From: a virus
Lineage: Duplodnaviria > Caudoviricetes
Virus record (IMG/VR): IMGVR_UViG_3300025769_000005
Coordinates: 2,085 to 66,084 of that record
Strand: one strand, 5' to 3'
Length of the DNA stretch: 64,000 bases
A model generated the notes under the pieces. It made no database searches, was not told where the DNA came from, and saw only the letters and a list, made by a program, of their open reading frames with translations. Below, one piece after another: positions 31,901 through 40,953 of this stretch. A program made the translations under genes and the position numbers. The first letter of the stretch is position 1. Each line of letters starts with the position of its first letter.

Positions 31901-34900
31901 GCTAATCACGAGTTATTACATAAAATAACAGCTTCTTTATTTAACGATCCTGAAAAAGGTAAAGAATTAGTAGAAAAATTTAAGAAAATATTGAGTCCGT
32001 CTGAAATGAAAGTAGTACAAAAACGTATTGACGACAATTATAAATTTAAAAGAGATGATGATGGTAATATTTTATTAGACGAAGACGGTAAAAAAATTGA
32101 AAATGACGAATCTACTTATGACAAAGAATGGTTTACAGCTTTTTCTGATGCGTTAGGTAAAAAAGAAATTAATTGGTCAGATAATTTAGGTGAAAGTTTT
32201 TTAAGATTAAAAGATAAATTTTTAAATGTATTTAAAGAAAAAGGTTTTGAAAATGCTGATTTTAAAACAGGTAGAGATATTTACAACTTTATAAGAGACT
32301 ATTCTTATAACATGAGAAAAGGAAAAGGCATTGACTCTAAAGCTAAAGCTTTATTAAAGGCTCCTGTTATACTTTCTAAAGAAGTTTCTTTATCACAAAC
32401 AGCCTCAGATAAAGTACAAAATATATTTGACAATCAAGGAACTGATGGAACTTTTGAAATTATAAAAGAATATGAAGGTATGGCTAATAAAATAGCTAAT
32501 AAATACCAAGATGTTCCTGGTTTTGATAGACAACTACTTGTTGATGAAATATTAACAGGTAGGCGTGGTGTTTTAGATATGATTAGTGAGTACGATCCTG
32601 CTACCAATGTGCCTCTTGCTGCTTATATAAACAAATATTTAAGATCTAGAGCGATAGAAGCTGCTAATAGAATATTAAAACAAGAGTTTGAAACTGATGT
32701 AACAGAGGCTAAAGGTGTTGTAGCAGAAGAAACTAAACAACCAGAAGTCGTTAGTAGAAAAGTTAAAAAACCTAGCGAAACTACAGGTTTTGATAAAGCT
32801 ACTGAAACTAGAATTGATGAAGCTGTAAGTGAAAATTTTAAAGGCAATGACGTTAAGTTTTCAGATACTAAAAACGTTCCTAAAGAAGTAGCAAATGTGT
32901 ACGCAGAAAAGCTAGGTCTTAATCCACAAACAATTACAGATAAAACAAGAAATTACTCTAAAAAAGACGCACAAGGTTTAACTAAAGCAAAACAATTTTT
33001 ACTTAAAAACGCTAAAGATGATTATGCTCGTTTACCTAAATTAAAAGATGACTTTGGTAAAGGTACTTTTGTTCCTAAAAACGTTAAAGATGCTTTATAT
33101 ACTGATGGTAAATTAACAGGTAGTTTAAAAGACTACATTAATCTTATTAGAGAAAAGCCAATTAAACCTATATACAGAGATCGCGTAGGTCAAACTATTA
33201 GAGGTTTATTAAACTTAGCTATTAGAAATCGTATGCTTGAAACAGCACAACCCTCACGAGCTAAAAGATTACAATCAGGGGCTTTATTTAGCAGATCGAC
33301 TTACGGTATTTTTGATTTAAAATTAAAAGGCACGTTAAAAGTAAATACTCTTTTAACAGGGAAAGGTTTAAAAAAATCTTTAGACTTTAAAACTTTAGTA
33401 AATACTCCAGAGGGAAGAGAAGAAATAATAAAAACTTTTAAAAATGAAGTTGTTGTCCTTGGACCAAAAGAGATGTGGATGGGTAAGCGTGGTGCAAACG
33501 TATTTACTACAAGTGGTGCTGATTGGGGTATAAGCATGTCCCCTACAATAACAAGAGGACCTAATAAAGGAAAACCAAATCCTAGATATGATAAAAAGAA
33601 AGCAGATGCACTTACTGAATTAAGAAAAGGTTTTAACAAAATGCTTAATGACAAGAAAACTAAATTTGGCAAACCTATTACCTACAAGGATGCAAATGGT
33701 AATACAAAAACTTTAACTGATTTTACATTATCTTCTTATGGAACTATTTTTAAAGGCGCGCCTGAAGAAATAAAAAGCAAATCAAAAAAGTTTAATACTA
33801 AAACAGGAGCTATACACAAAGCTCTATGGAGTCGCATTGCAGAAAGAATTAAAAAAGACAAAAAACGAGCTCCAGCTATAGCTTCTTATTTAAAATTAGT
33901 AGCTAATCACACTGGTCACTGGCACAAATTAGGTGCTCAAATTTGGGGTTACTCACCTAAACCAAGAGGGAAAAACGGTACTTTGTACGAATATGAACAT
34001 GCTATGCCAGCAACGGCAGCATATTTATACCTACTAGACAACGCTATTAATAATTTTGGTTCCAGTAAAAGTAATTTTAATAAAGCTTATAAATTAGTAA
34101 TAAAAAATTATAAGCTTATTGCTTTAGACGCGTCTCAAAATGCTAAACTTGGACTAGCTAGACTAGGTAGAACAATGCCTCAAGGCTGGAATTTAATAGA
34201 CAATTTTTGGTGGCAAAGATATTTTAACGATAAAGTAGCGCAATTTAATGGTGGTATTGATCCTAGCTCTGTTGTAGATTTAGATGGTCAAACAATGGCA
34301 AATGTTTTTAAAATAAAAGCCAACGGTCAACCAACTACTGAATCTTTAATTAACGAAGCAAAAACTGCAGTTACTTTAAATGATAATACTTTTGGAGATA
34401 AGTCTTCATTTAGCAAAACAACAATTGGCCAAATACAAAACTTAAGTAATTATGACAAAGCTGCTAAAAAAGCTAGAAGTTTAAATACAACTGAAAGAGG
34501 TATTAGCGTGTTTGATTTTGATGACACATTAGCTAGAACTAAAAGTAAAGTTATAGTAACTATGCCTAATGGCAAAACATTTAAAATAGACGCTACAGAG
34601 TTTGCAAAAAATTCTGTAACACTAGAAGAGCAAGGCGCTAAATTTAATTTTGATGAATTTAATAAAGTTATTGATGGTAAAAAAGGACCACTAGCAGATC
34701 TTGCTTTAAAACGTCAAGGTAAATTTGGCAGCCAAAATATATTTGTGTTAACAGCTAGACCACAACTTGCCGCCGAAGGTATAAAAGCTTTTTTAGATGG
34801 TATAGGTTTAAATTTACCGTTAAGTAATATTACAGGATTAGAAGACGGATCACCGCAAGCTAAAGCTAACTGGATTGTAAGTAAAGCCGCTGAAGGTTAT

Positions 34901-37162
34901 AATGATTTTTATTTTGCAGATGACGCTATCAAAAACGTTAAAGCGGTTAAAGAAGTTTTAGATCAGGTGGATGTCAAATCTAAAGTGCAACAAGCTATTT
35001 TTAGTAAAACTAAAACTTTTGATAAAATTATAAATGATATTCTTGAAAGTGGCACAGGTATAAAATCTGAAGCTAAGTTTTCTAAAGCAAGAGCACAAAC
35101 AGTTGGAGCTGGTAAAGGCAAGTTTACTTTCTTTACAACACCATCAGCAGAAGACTTTGTAGGTTTAATATATAAGTTTATAGGTAAAGGAAAAGTTGGT
35201 GATGCGCAGTTACAGTTTTTTCAAGATAATTTAATTGATCCTTATAATAGAGCAGAGCAAGCCGTAACTAGAGCTAAGATAACTGCTGCTAATGATTTTA
35301 AAGCACTTAAAAACAGTCTTAAGACGTTACCTAAGTCATTATCTAAGAAAACAGGTATTGGAGGGTTTACGTTTGGTCAAGCTGCTAGAGTTGCAGTGTG
35401 GACAAGACAAGGTGTGGAAGTTCCTGGTCTATCTAAAAGAGACGCAAAAGAATTAAACGCTTTTATAGATAATAATGCTGAGCTTGATGTTTTTGTAGAT
35501 GAATTAATAAACATACAAAAAGGTAAACCATATCCTAAACCTAGTCAAACTTGGTTAGCTGGTAATATAACATCGGATATTGTTAACGAAATAAATAAAG
35601 TTAACAGAAAAGAATACATGCAAGAGTTTAATGAAAATATTGATATAATATTCTCAGACAAAGTTATGAATAAGCTTGAAGCTGCATACGGTCCTAAATA
35701 TGTAGAAGCTTTGCGTGATATTATTCGTAGAATGAAGTCAGGTTCTAATAGACCTGTAGGTAATTCAAGAATTGTAGATGGATTACTAAACTGGTTAAAT
35801 AATTCTGTTGGTGCTATAATGTTCTTAAACACAAGATCTGCAGTGTTACAAACTATATCTGCAGTAAACTTTATAAACTTTGGTAACAATAATCTTTTAG
35901 CTGCTGGCAAAGCATTTGCTAATCAAAAGCAATATTGGAAAGACTTTATGACATTATTTAATTCACCTTACTTAGTTGAAAGACGTGATGGATTAAAGAT
36001 CAATGTTAGTGAATCTGAAATAGCAGATGCTGTAGCAGAAAGTTCTAATAAACCAAAAGCATTTTTAAACCTATTACTTAGCAAAGGTTTTGTTCTTACA
36101 AGATTTGCAGATAGTTTTGCTATTGCGGCTGGTGGTTCTACATTTTATAGAAATCAAGTTGCTGCTTATGTTAAAGGTGGTATGGATCAAAAAGCTGCAG
36201 AAAAACAAGCGTTTGATGATTTCTACGCTATTGCAGAAGAAAGTCAGCAGTCAAGTAATCCAAGCAAAATATCACAACAACAAGCATCAGGTGCTGGTCG
36301 TGTGATACTAGCTTTTGCTAATACGCCAATGCAATATGCTCGTATAATAAAAAGATCTAGTCAAGATCTTGTAAATGGTAGAGGTGATTGGAAAACTAAT
36401 GTTTCTAAAATAGTGTACTACGGAGCAATGCAAAACCTTATATTTAACGCGTTGTCTAACGCTTTATTTGCTTTAGCTTTTGACGAAGAAGATGAAGAAC
36501 AAGAAGATAAAACAGGTAGAATAGCAAATGGTATGGCTGATTCATTATTAAGGGGTCTTGGTATACGAGGCGCTGCTGTTTCCGCTGTTAAAGACGCTTT
36601 AATAACTGTATATGAAGAAGAAAACAAAGAAAAAGGCGCGCCTGAACTTAGAAAAGCTATAACTGATCTATTTGGTTTTTCACCACCACTTGATTCTAAA
36701 ATTAGAAAACTAACAAGTGGTCTTAATACATTATCATGGGAACGTGAAAAAATGAATCAAGAAGGTTTTAACTTAAACAACCCTGCTTATTTAGCTTTTG
36801 CTCAAGTAATTTCTGGTTTAACAAACGTACCATTAGATAGAGCAATAACAAAGATAAATAACTTAAGAGCTGTAACAAGTGATAGTTCTGATAAATGGCA
36901 AAAAGTTGCCTTATTAATGGGTTGGTCAGCTTGGGATCTTGGTTTACCATATTATGGTGTTGAAGACAAAGTAGAGATGACACCGCAAATGATACTTAAA
37001 GAAAAGGTAAACAAAATGAAAAAAGAAACTAGCACTAAACAACAAAAAGAAACGTTGTTAAAGCTAGGACTAACTAAGCAACAAATAAAAGCTTTAAAAT
37101 ACGAAGAAGCAAGAGTTAAAAAAATAATTGAACTACAAGAAAAAAAAGATGGTAAAAATTAA
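28964..37162 (+). CDS. Giant polyvalent (probably ejected) protein: zincin HExxH, sigma70 region 2/4-like and HAD phosphatase domains
   Basis: NHELLH (~31907); GVLDMISEYDPATNVPLAAYINKYLRSRAI (~32570); DFDDTL..TAR..K..FADD (~34510-34930). Confidence 0.75.
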   Translation: MTREEFIESLDESLSYNAKQKLLAQWDIDNPQTEQVVEEVKIDVVADPVDATVATKPENASEIKDTELESENGSLESQEIYQPYYILSNDKTVSNTFDIINQRTKRYVDQKNITKEYLDRISGKIAPNSLLIEEGKKQKEFSLEKTLDYNEDYYNQNQSSEKIKPIIDTRFKTKVDPLGLNKDSKEENKVDLFNEILKEEEKRVLNEDTFINYVDGFIEENDLDIPLPYLYFNPKKQTGFIDQYYGGTKVLEEFGINTVDFEGFLTSNGYAEDFLNAIDSGEYDQQGGDLAKERDLEGYLNFYTRIMDSRLNQNKKLDLIKEDLKGENKVEIFGSAQENLKKALKDFKPGDASYTLFDQSLMKEYKQSKFKLAADKDKEYQLARIKYAKELDKRSDAMSAAANIGQMLVESGKGLYQGFEDLFDFGLKIAGFDDSLAISQNLRMEEERAKDNSYFLSITGKTIEKYAKDDDGNFLLDKNGEKIKIVYAKDSDTGQIYNVTKGYNMGGIIDAFELKMLNDEIEKSDRIEDHYSARGFLTTGGNVVGNVMSQVIGQKGVGYLTNAVKLKTLAAANGFTSIKKYKNIRDLSVAVGGKAPTRIPVKKSVVDAMLFQSTYGGAIGYKQTLDSAKQAGFTNAEAEALASSASQNMAVWYAATGPLNTRTGWLDGTLGKLGINRIVNSSILAARKESQKASTNAFLNKSFTKNLQLRLSNLSTKLANNGIVFVKEGSKEFVQENTQQAGEYLWINKTLNMKTGINFLKDTYTDNDIKSTSILSFVTGGLLSQMQVPNFKPNSAAQVDNYIYIANNSNDAEIELNKLVESGLATQEEADQIMKNAQAIYNNAASIPAWMLETDFVLESSLLLQEKKDIELRKKKTDPAFHGPDNDKLQEIDNKLKEINLEALASTDAAAAVEKDVESVTKIVGEENIETFDTTEKWKARLDELDIPDGYDADALFHEKDGKIYINKQRAAEVEAVTAANHELLHKITASLFNDPEKGKELVEKFKKILSPSEMKVVQKRIDDNYKFKRDDDGNILLDEDGKKIENDESTYDKEWFTAFSDALGKKEINWSDNLGESFLRLKDKFLNVFKEKGFENADFKTGRDIYNFIRDYSYNMRKGKGIDSKAKALLKAPVILSKEVSLSQTASDKVQNIFDNQGTDGTFEIIKEYEGMANKIANKYQDVPGFDRQLLVDEILTGRRGVLDMISEYDPATNVPLAAYINKYLRSRAIEAANRILKQEFETDVTEAKGVVAEETKQPEVVSRKVKKPSETTGFDKATETRIDEAVSENFKGNDVKFSDTKNVPKEVANVYAEKLGLNPQTITDKTRNYSKKDAQGLTKAKQFLLKNAKDDYARLPKLKDDFGKGTFVPKNVKDALYTDGKLTGSLKDYINLIREKPIKPIYRDRVGQTIRGLLNLAIRNRMLETAQPSRAKRLQSGALFSRSTYGIFDLKLKGTLKVNTLLTGKGLKKSLDFKTLVNTPEGREEIIKTFKNEVVVLGPKEMWMGKRGANVFTTSGADWGISMSPTITRGPNKGKPNPRYDKKKADALTELRKGFNKMLNDKKTKFGKPITYKDANGNTKTLTDFTLSSYGTIFKGAPEEIKSKSKKFNTKTGAIHKALWSRIAERIKKDKKRAPAIASYLKLVANHTGHWHKLGAQIWGYSPKPRGKNGTLYEYEHAMPATAAYLYLLDNAINNFGSSKSNFNKAYKLVIKNYKLIALDASQNAKLGLARLGRTMPQGWNLIDNFWWQRYFNDKVAQFNGGIDPSSVVDLDGQTMANVFKIKANGQPTTESLINEAKTAVTLNDNTFGDKSSFSKTTIGQIQNLSNYDKAAKKARSLNTTERGISVFDFDDTLARTKSKVIVTMPNGKTFKIDATEFAKNSVTLEEQGAKFNFDEFNKVIDGKKGPLADLALKRQGKFGSQNIFVLTARPQLAAEGIKAFLDGIGLNLPLSNITGLEDGSPQAKANWIVSKAAEGYNDFYFADDAIKNVKAVKEVLDQVDVKSKVQQAIFSKTKTFDKIINDILESGTGIKSEAKFSKARAQTVGAGKGKFTFFTTPSAEDFVGLIYKFIGKGKVGDAQLQFFQDNLIDPYNRAEQAVTRAKITAANDFKALKNSLKTLPKSLSKKTGIGGFTFGQAARVAVWTRQGVEVPGLSKRDAKELNAFIDNNAELDVFVDELINIQKGKPYPKPSQTWLAGNITSDIVNEINKVNRKEYMQEFNENIDIIFSDKVMNKLEAAYGPKYVEALRDIIRRMKSGSNRPVGNSRIVDGLLNWLNNSVGAIMFLNTRSAVLQTISAVNFINFGNNNLLAAGKAFANQKQYWKDFMTLFNSPYLVERRDGLKINVSESEIADAVAESSNKPKAFLNLLLSKGFVLTRFADSFAIAAGGSTFYRNQVAAYVKGGMDQKAAEKQAFDDFYAIAEESQQSSNPSKISQQQASGAGRVILAFANTPMQYARIIKRSSQDLVNGRGDWKTNVSKIVYYGAMQNLIFNALSNALFALAFDEEDEEQEDKTGRIANGMADSLLRGLGIRGAAVSAVKDALITVYEEENKEKGAPELRKAITDLFGFSPPLDSKIRKLTSGLNTLSWEREKMNQEGFNLNNPAYLAFAQVISGLTNVPLDRAITKINNLRAVTSDSSDKWQKVALLMGWSAWDLGLPYYGVEDKVEMTPQMILKEKVNKMKKETSTKQQKETLLKLGLTKQQIKALKYEEARVKKIIELQEKKDGKN
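30578..30629 (+). repeat. Exact 52-bp direct repeat, copy 2
   Basis: Identical to 7921-7972 and encodes the same peptide, TGGNVVGNVMSQVIGQK. Confidence 0.95.
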
Positions 37163-37235
37163 AAAACTTTGGAACTCATTAATGTACAAATTAATGTTTA
37201 AGAATTACGAATGCGAATGCAAAAACAAAAAATAA
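37149..37235 (+). CDS. Possible 28-aa peptide MVKIKKLWNSLMYKLMFKNYECECKNKK
   Basis: Fills the gap between the giant gene and 37237; not in the ORF track. Confidence 0.35.
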   Translation: MVKIKKLWNSLMYKLMFKNYECECKNKK

Positions 37236-37236
37236 A

Positions 37237-37692
37237 ATGGGAGGAATAAAAATACCAAACTTTTACGCGTCACCTTTAAATAAAAACGGCATAACAGTTG
37301 GGGAAAACACTGGTGGAGTACAAAAAGATAAAAAAGGAGAGTATGTTTTACGTACTTTTGAAAGTGTTGGTGGGCAAAAAGGTGATACCATTAGACCTGC
37401 TAATAATAAAACGTTTAAGCCAGCTGTTATAGGAAAATCTTTAGGTTCTAAAGATGGTTATTTAATAGGTGGTGATTATAAAACTAAAAAAACAGGAGAT
37501 AAAAACTACAATATAATCCCTACGAATAGGAATAAATTTGGTGGAACACCTGACAATACAGACAAACAAGCAGCTTATGAAAAAGCTACTGAAGAGCTTT
37601 ATGCAGAAGGTAAAATAACTGAAACTGACGACAAGGCTGTAAAGTTAATTAAAAGAAGAGTTAAGAAAAACGCAAAAAAACTTTCAAAATAA
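37237..37692 (+). CDS. Basic hypothetical protein
   Basis: Lys-rich ORF with a YASPLNK motif. Confidence 0.55.
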   Translation: MGGIKIPNFYASPLNKNGITVGENTGGVQKDKKGEYVLRTFESVGGQKGDTIRPANNKTFKPAVIGKSLGSKDGYLIGGDYKTKKTGDKNYNIIPTNRNKFGGTPDNTDKQAAYEKATEELYAEGKITETDDKAVKLIKRRVKKNAKKLSK

Positions 37693-37997
37693 TGGCACAA
37701 GAAATAAGTGAACAAACTAAAGTAACACTTGACCTTAAAACTATAGGAACAATAGTAGGATTTACTATAGCATTAGCTACAACTTATTTTACATTAAAAG
37801 CAGACATAGCTATCGCTATGGAAATGCCTGAACCTGAAATATCTAGTGTAGAGTTTAAATACAAAGACGAACTAATACGATCTAATGTAGAAAAAGTTAT
37901 AGAACAAGTAGATAACATTGAAAAAGATGTTGATGAAATTAAAGAAATGATGAAAACTTTAGACGCAAGATTGTATGAAATACAAAAAAGACCATGA
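37692..37997 (+). CDS. Single-TM plus coiled-coil membrane protein
   Basis: Hydrophobic TIGTIVGFTIALATTYF followed by heptads. Confidence 0.6.
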   Translation: MAQEISEQTKVTLDLKTIGTIVGFTIALATTYFTLKADIAIAMEMPEPEISSVEFKYKDELIRSNVEKVIEQVDNIEKDVDEIKEMMKTLDARLYEIQKRP

Positions 37998-38332
37998 AAC
38001 ATGTAATAATAATAGTAGGGCTTTTATTCACAACCTTAAGCTTTGGCCAATATAAAGATGACATTAGCGTAGTACAGTTTAGCGCTAAGTTTTTAGTTGA
38101 CAAGCAAATCTCATTAAAAAAGTTTAAAGAATTTAATACGCATACTTTATTTATAAGCGAGCATGGTAAGTTTTTTAAAGAAGAAAAGGTGGAGTATTTA
38201 CCAACTGTTATAATATACAATAACGGTGACGTTGTTTTTAGAATAAATGGTGGTTTATCATTAGAATTACCTGAAGACACTATTAAGCAATTGCAAGAAC
38301 ATTTAAACGAAGTACAATCAAATAAATTTTAA
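37994..38332 (+). CDS. Secreted thioredoxin-fold-like protein without CxxC
   Basis: Signal peptide; ISVVQFSA...VEYLPTVIIYNNG. Confidence 0.55.
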   Translation: MKHVIIIVGLLFTTLSFGQYKDDISVVQFSAKFLVDKQISLKKFKEFNTHTLFISEHGKFFKEEKVEYLPTVIIYNNGDVVFRINGGLSLELPEDTIKQLQEHLNEVQSNKF

Positions 38333-38334
38333 AT

Positions 38335-38952
38335 ATGAAAAAACTTATATTATTAGTTATGCTACTATGTAGCTGTGGAAGTTATCAATATGTTAATGAT
38401 ACTATGCTTATAACAGAGACAACAGACGTTTCTATGTTTAGCAACTACGATACTAATATTATACGTTTTGTTATTAAGCCAATAAAACCAAGATTTTATT
38501 TTGCTAATGATTATGGTTACTGGGGCATGAGACCTTTGTGGTTAGATTTTAATTTTTACCATGGTAACTATTATTCTTATTACTCTCATTTTTATAGACC
38601 GTGGAATTACTGGGATTATTACATGAGACCTTGGACACAAGGACCTTTTAATAATCAAGGTTATAATGTAGTTTATAATTCTAGCAGAAGAAATAGTATT
38701 AAAAATAATGTAATTACTAAACCAAAAAGATCTAGACTGATTTTAAATAAGAAACCAGTTGTAAGTTACAAACCAGTTGCAAAGCCAAGAGTTAATTATA
38801 ACAAGCCAAAACCTATTTATAATAAACCTAGTTATAACAAACCTAGCTTTAATAGCAAACCTAGTTTTAATTCTAGACCAAGTTATAATTCAAAGCCAAG
38901 TACTAACTATACACGTCCTGTTGTTACAAGAAGTGTTAAAAAAGGAAATTAA
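38335..38952 (+). CDS. Lipoprotein with Y/W-rich core and KPS(Y/F)N repeats
   Basis: MKKLILLVMLLCSC lipobox; C-terminal pentapeptide-like repeats. Confidence 0.65.
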   Translation: MKKLILLVMLLCSCGSYQYVNDTMLITETTDVSMFSNYDTNIIRFVIKPIKPRFYFANDYGYWGMRPLWLDFNFYHGNYYSYYSHFYRPWNYWDYYMRPWTQGPFNNQGYNVVYNSSRRNSIKNNVITKPKRSRLILNKKPVVSYKPVAKPRVNYNKPKPIYNKPSYNKPSFNSKPSFNSRPSYNSKPSTNYTRPVVTRSVKKGN

Positions 38953-40034
38953 TGAAAAACTTATTATTACTAATAATGATGTTTAGCTTAAATGCTAACG
39001 CTCAATTTTTAAAAGACATATTTAAATACAGTACATTGTACGCTAGTTATGATCAAAGTAATGCTTTACAACCTACAAAAACATTTTATGTAACACAGGG
39101 TAATGAGTTACAAGAAACTACACCTAGAGTTCCTAATGATGCTACTTATACTTTTGGTTTAAGAAAATTAGCATTTTTTGATTATGAAGATAAAGATAGA
39201 TTTTATGATGGTACAGAAACTAACATAGGACAAAAAAGTAACGAAGGTAATACTAATGGCCTAGAGTACTTATTTGAAATGTCTAAAGGTAAACAACAAG
39301 GAGATGATTTTAAGAACTCTAAGATCTTCTTAAGATATCTAGCTGATCATTATATTATAAAGCTTGAACAAACTAAAAATGAATTAGTAGATTTAGATTA
39401 TAGATCTGCAGATGTAAGACTTAGATTACCAATAGGTAAAAAACTTAGTTTATCAATTGGTGGAATATATAGAACATATCAAAAAGCTTATGGCGTAAAT
39501 CCTATACAATCTTACTTAGAAGAAAACCAATGGTGGAATTTAAGTAGAGATTACTATGGACATAGTGATATACCTTATTCGTGGGAAAATCTTCAAACAG
39601 GAGAAACAGGTATTGATTACTTTTGGTATGACAATCAGGGAACGTTACTCTCTAACTCAGATCTTGATTACAGAAACAATATCTTTGGCCAACTAGTTAA
39701 TAGTTATAATGATGAGCAGTTAGAATTAATATCAGGTGGTTATGCTAATTTATCAGGTATTATCGGTTTAGACTATTACCATTATCGTAAGTCTTTTTGG
39801 TTTCACGCATATGGATCAGTGTTGCCAATACATAAAACTTTTTCTGAATCAGATAAAGATAAATATTCTTACGAATCATTTATAGGTAAAAACGATTGGA
39901 TTGATTATTCTGTTGGTGGACAATTTGGAATTAAGCTAAATAAAAAATTAGGATTATTTACAGAAGTAGCAATACAAAAATATTGGGATAGAAAAATAGA
40001 AGTACTTAAGGCAGGTATTAACTTTAAATTCTAG
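38952..40034 (+). CDS. Putative outer-membrane beta-barrel protein
   Basis: Signal peptide ending ANA-QF; amphipathic strands; C-terminal AGINFKF beta-signal. Confidence 0.6.
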   Translation: MKNLLLLIMMFSLNANAQFLKDIFKYSTLYASYDQSNALQPTKTFYVTQGNELQETTPRVPNDATYTFGLRKLAFFDYEDKDRFYDGTETNIGQKSNEGNTNGLEYLFEMSKGKQQGDDFKNSKIFLRYLADHYIIKLEQTKNELVDLDYRSADVRLRLPIGKKLSLSIGGIYRTYQKAYGVNPIQSYLEENQWWNLSRDYYGHSDIPYSWENLQTGETGIDYFWYDNQGTLLSNSDLDYRNNIFGQLVNSYNDEQLELISGGYANLSGIIGLDYYHYRKSFWFHAYGSVLPIHKTFSESDKDKYSYESFIGKNDWIDYSVGGQFGIKLNKKLGLFTEVAIQKYWDRKIEVLKAGINFKF

Positions 40035-40036
40035 TT

Positions 40037-40498
40037 ATGAAAATAAGCGATCATATTACTTTTGCTGAAGCGATACACTCGAATACAGCTAAAAGGTATA
40101 GTATAAAAAATATACCTAACGAAGAGCAAACTAACAACATGAAAATGTTAGCTGAAAAAATATTTGAACCACTAAGACTATGGGTTGGTGGACCGATAAA
40201 GATCAATAGTATGTTTCGTTCTGAAGAATTAAATAAAGCCATAGGAGGATCATCTAGCTCTCAGCATTGTAAAGGTATGGCAATGGATATTGATGACGTC
40301 TATGGACATAAAACTAATGCAGAGATGTATGAATGGATATGTAACCACTGTAATTTTGATCAAATCATATGGGAATTTGGTAATGACAAAAATCCAGCGT
40401 GGATACATGTTAGTTACATAAGTGTAGATAAAAATAGAAACAGAAAACTACTCGCTGAAAAAGAGTTTGGTAAAACAGTATATAAAATAATAAAATAA
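40037..40498 (+). CDS. Endolysin, peptidase M15A family
   Basis: INSMFRS..LNKAIGGS.SSQH..G.A.D, WIHVSY. Confidence 0.88.
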   Translation: MKISDHITFAEAIHSNTAKRYSIKNIPNEEQTNNMKMLAEKIFEPLRLWVGGPIKINSMFRSEELNKAIGGSSSSQHCKGMAMDIDDVYGHKTNAEMYEWICNHCNFDQIIWEFGNDKNPAWIHVSYISVDKNRNRKLLAEKEFGKTVYKIIK

Positions 40499-40501
40499 AA
40501 A

Positions 40502-40948
40502 ATGCACAAAGGTAAAAAACACACGGAAAGTTCTTATCAACCTATTAAAGACAAAGGTGGTAAAGTAATTTTAACTTCAAAACAAGCTAGAGATGTAGAT
40601 GAAGATTTTCCTTCAAATGACGAAAATAGTCACGAGTTTGATCATAAGCCATCTCAAACAGATGTTAAACAAGCTGATTTTATTAATAGTAAGATGCAAA
40701 AAATGAGAAAAGAATCTCAAGGCAGAAAAGCTGTTACTGATTTAAACAAAGCTTTAGAAACTATAAAAGGTCCGCAAAGAAAATCTGCATTGAATATGTT
40801 AGGTGTATCTAGTCCTTTAGATAAAAAAGTTTCTTGGAAATATGGTAAAGGAACTTATTCAGGTGATTTAATTCCTAGTATGGAAACTAGTACTCATAGA
40901 TACGCTAGAACACATAATGGCAAAATAAAATCACTGCCTAAAAAATAA
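40502..40948 (+). CDS. Basic hypothetical protein
   Basis: ORF with VSSPLDKK. Confidence 0.5.
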   Translation: MHKGKKHTESSYQPIKDKGGKVILTSKQARDVDEDFPSNDENSHEFDHKPSQTDVKQADFINSKMQKMRKESQGRKAVTDLNKALETIKGPQRKSALNMLGVSSPLDKKVSWKYGKGTYSGDLIPSMETSTHRYARTHNGKIKSLPKK

Positions 40949-40953
40949 ACAAT

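Noticed and set aside
30355-32100. Repeated peptide KDDDGNFLLDKNGEKI / RDDDGNILLDEDGKKI in the giant protein
   Set aside because: A common short DxxG beta-hairpin insertion, divergent at DNA level; little evidence of a distinct function.
28964-37162. Virion RNA polymerase as in crAss-like or N4 phages
   Set aside because: No DxDxD catalytic motif seen; DFDDT is HAD motif I. A profile search is needed to exclude it fully.
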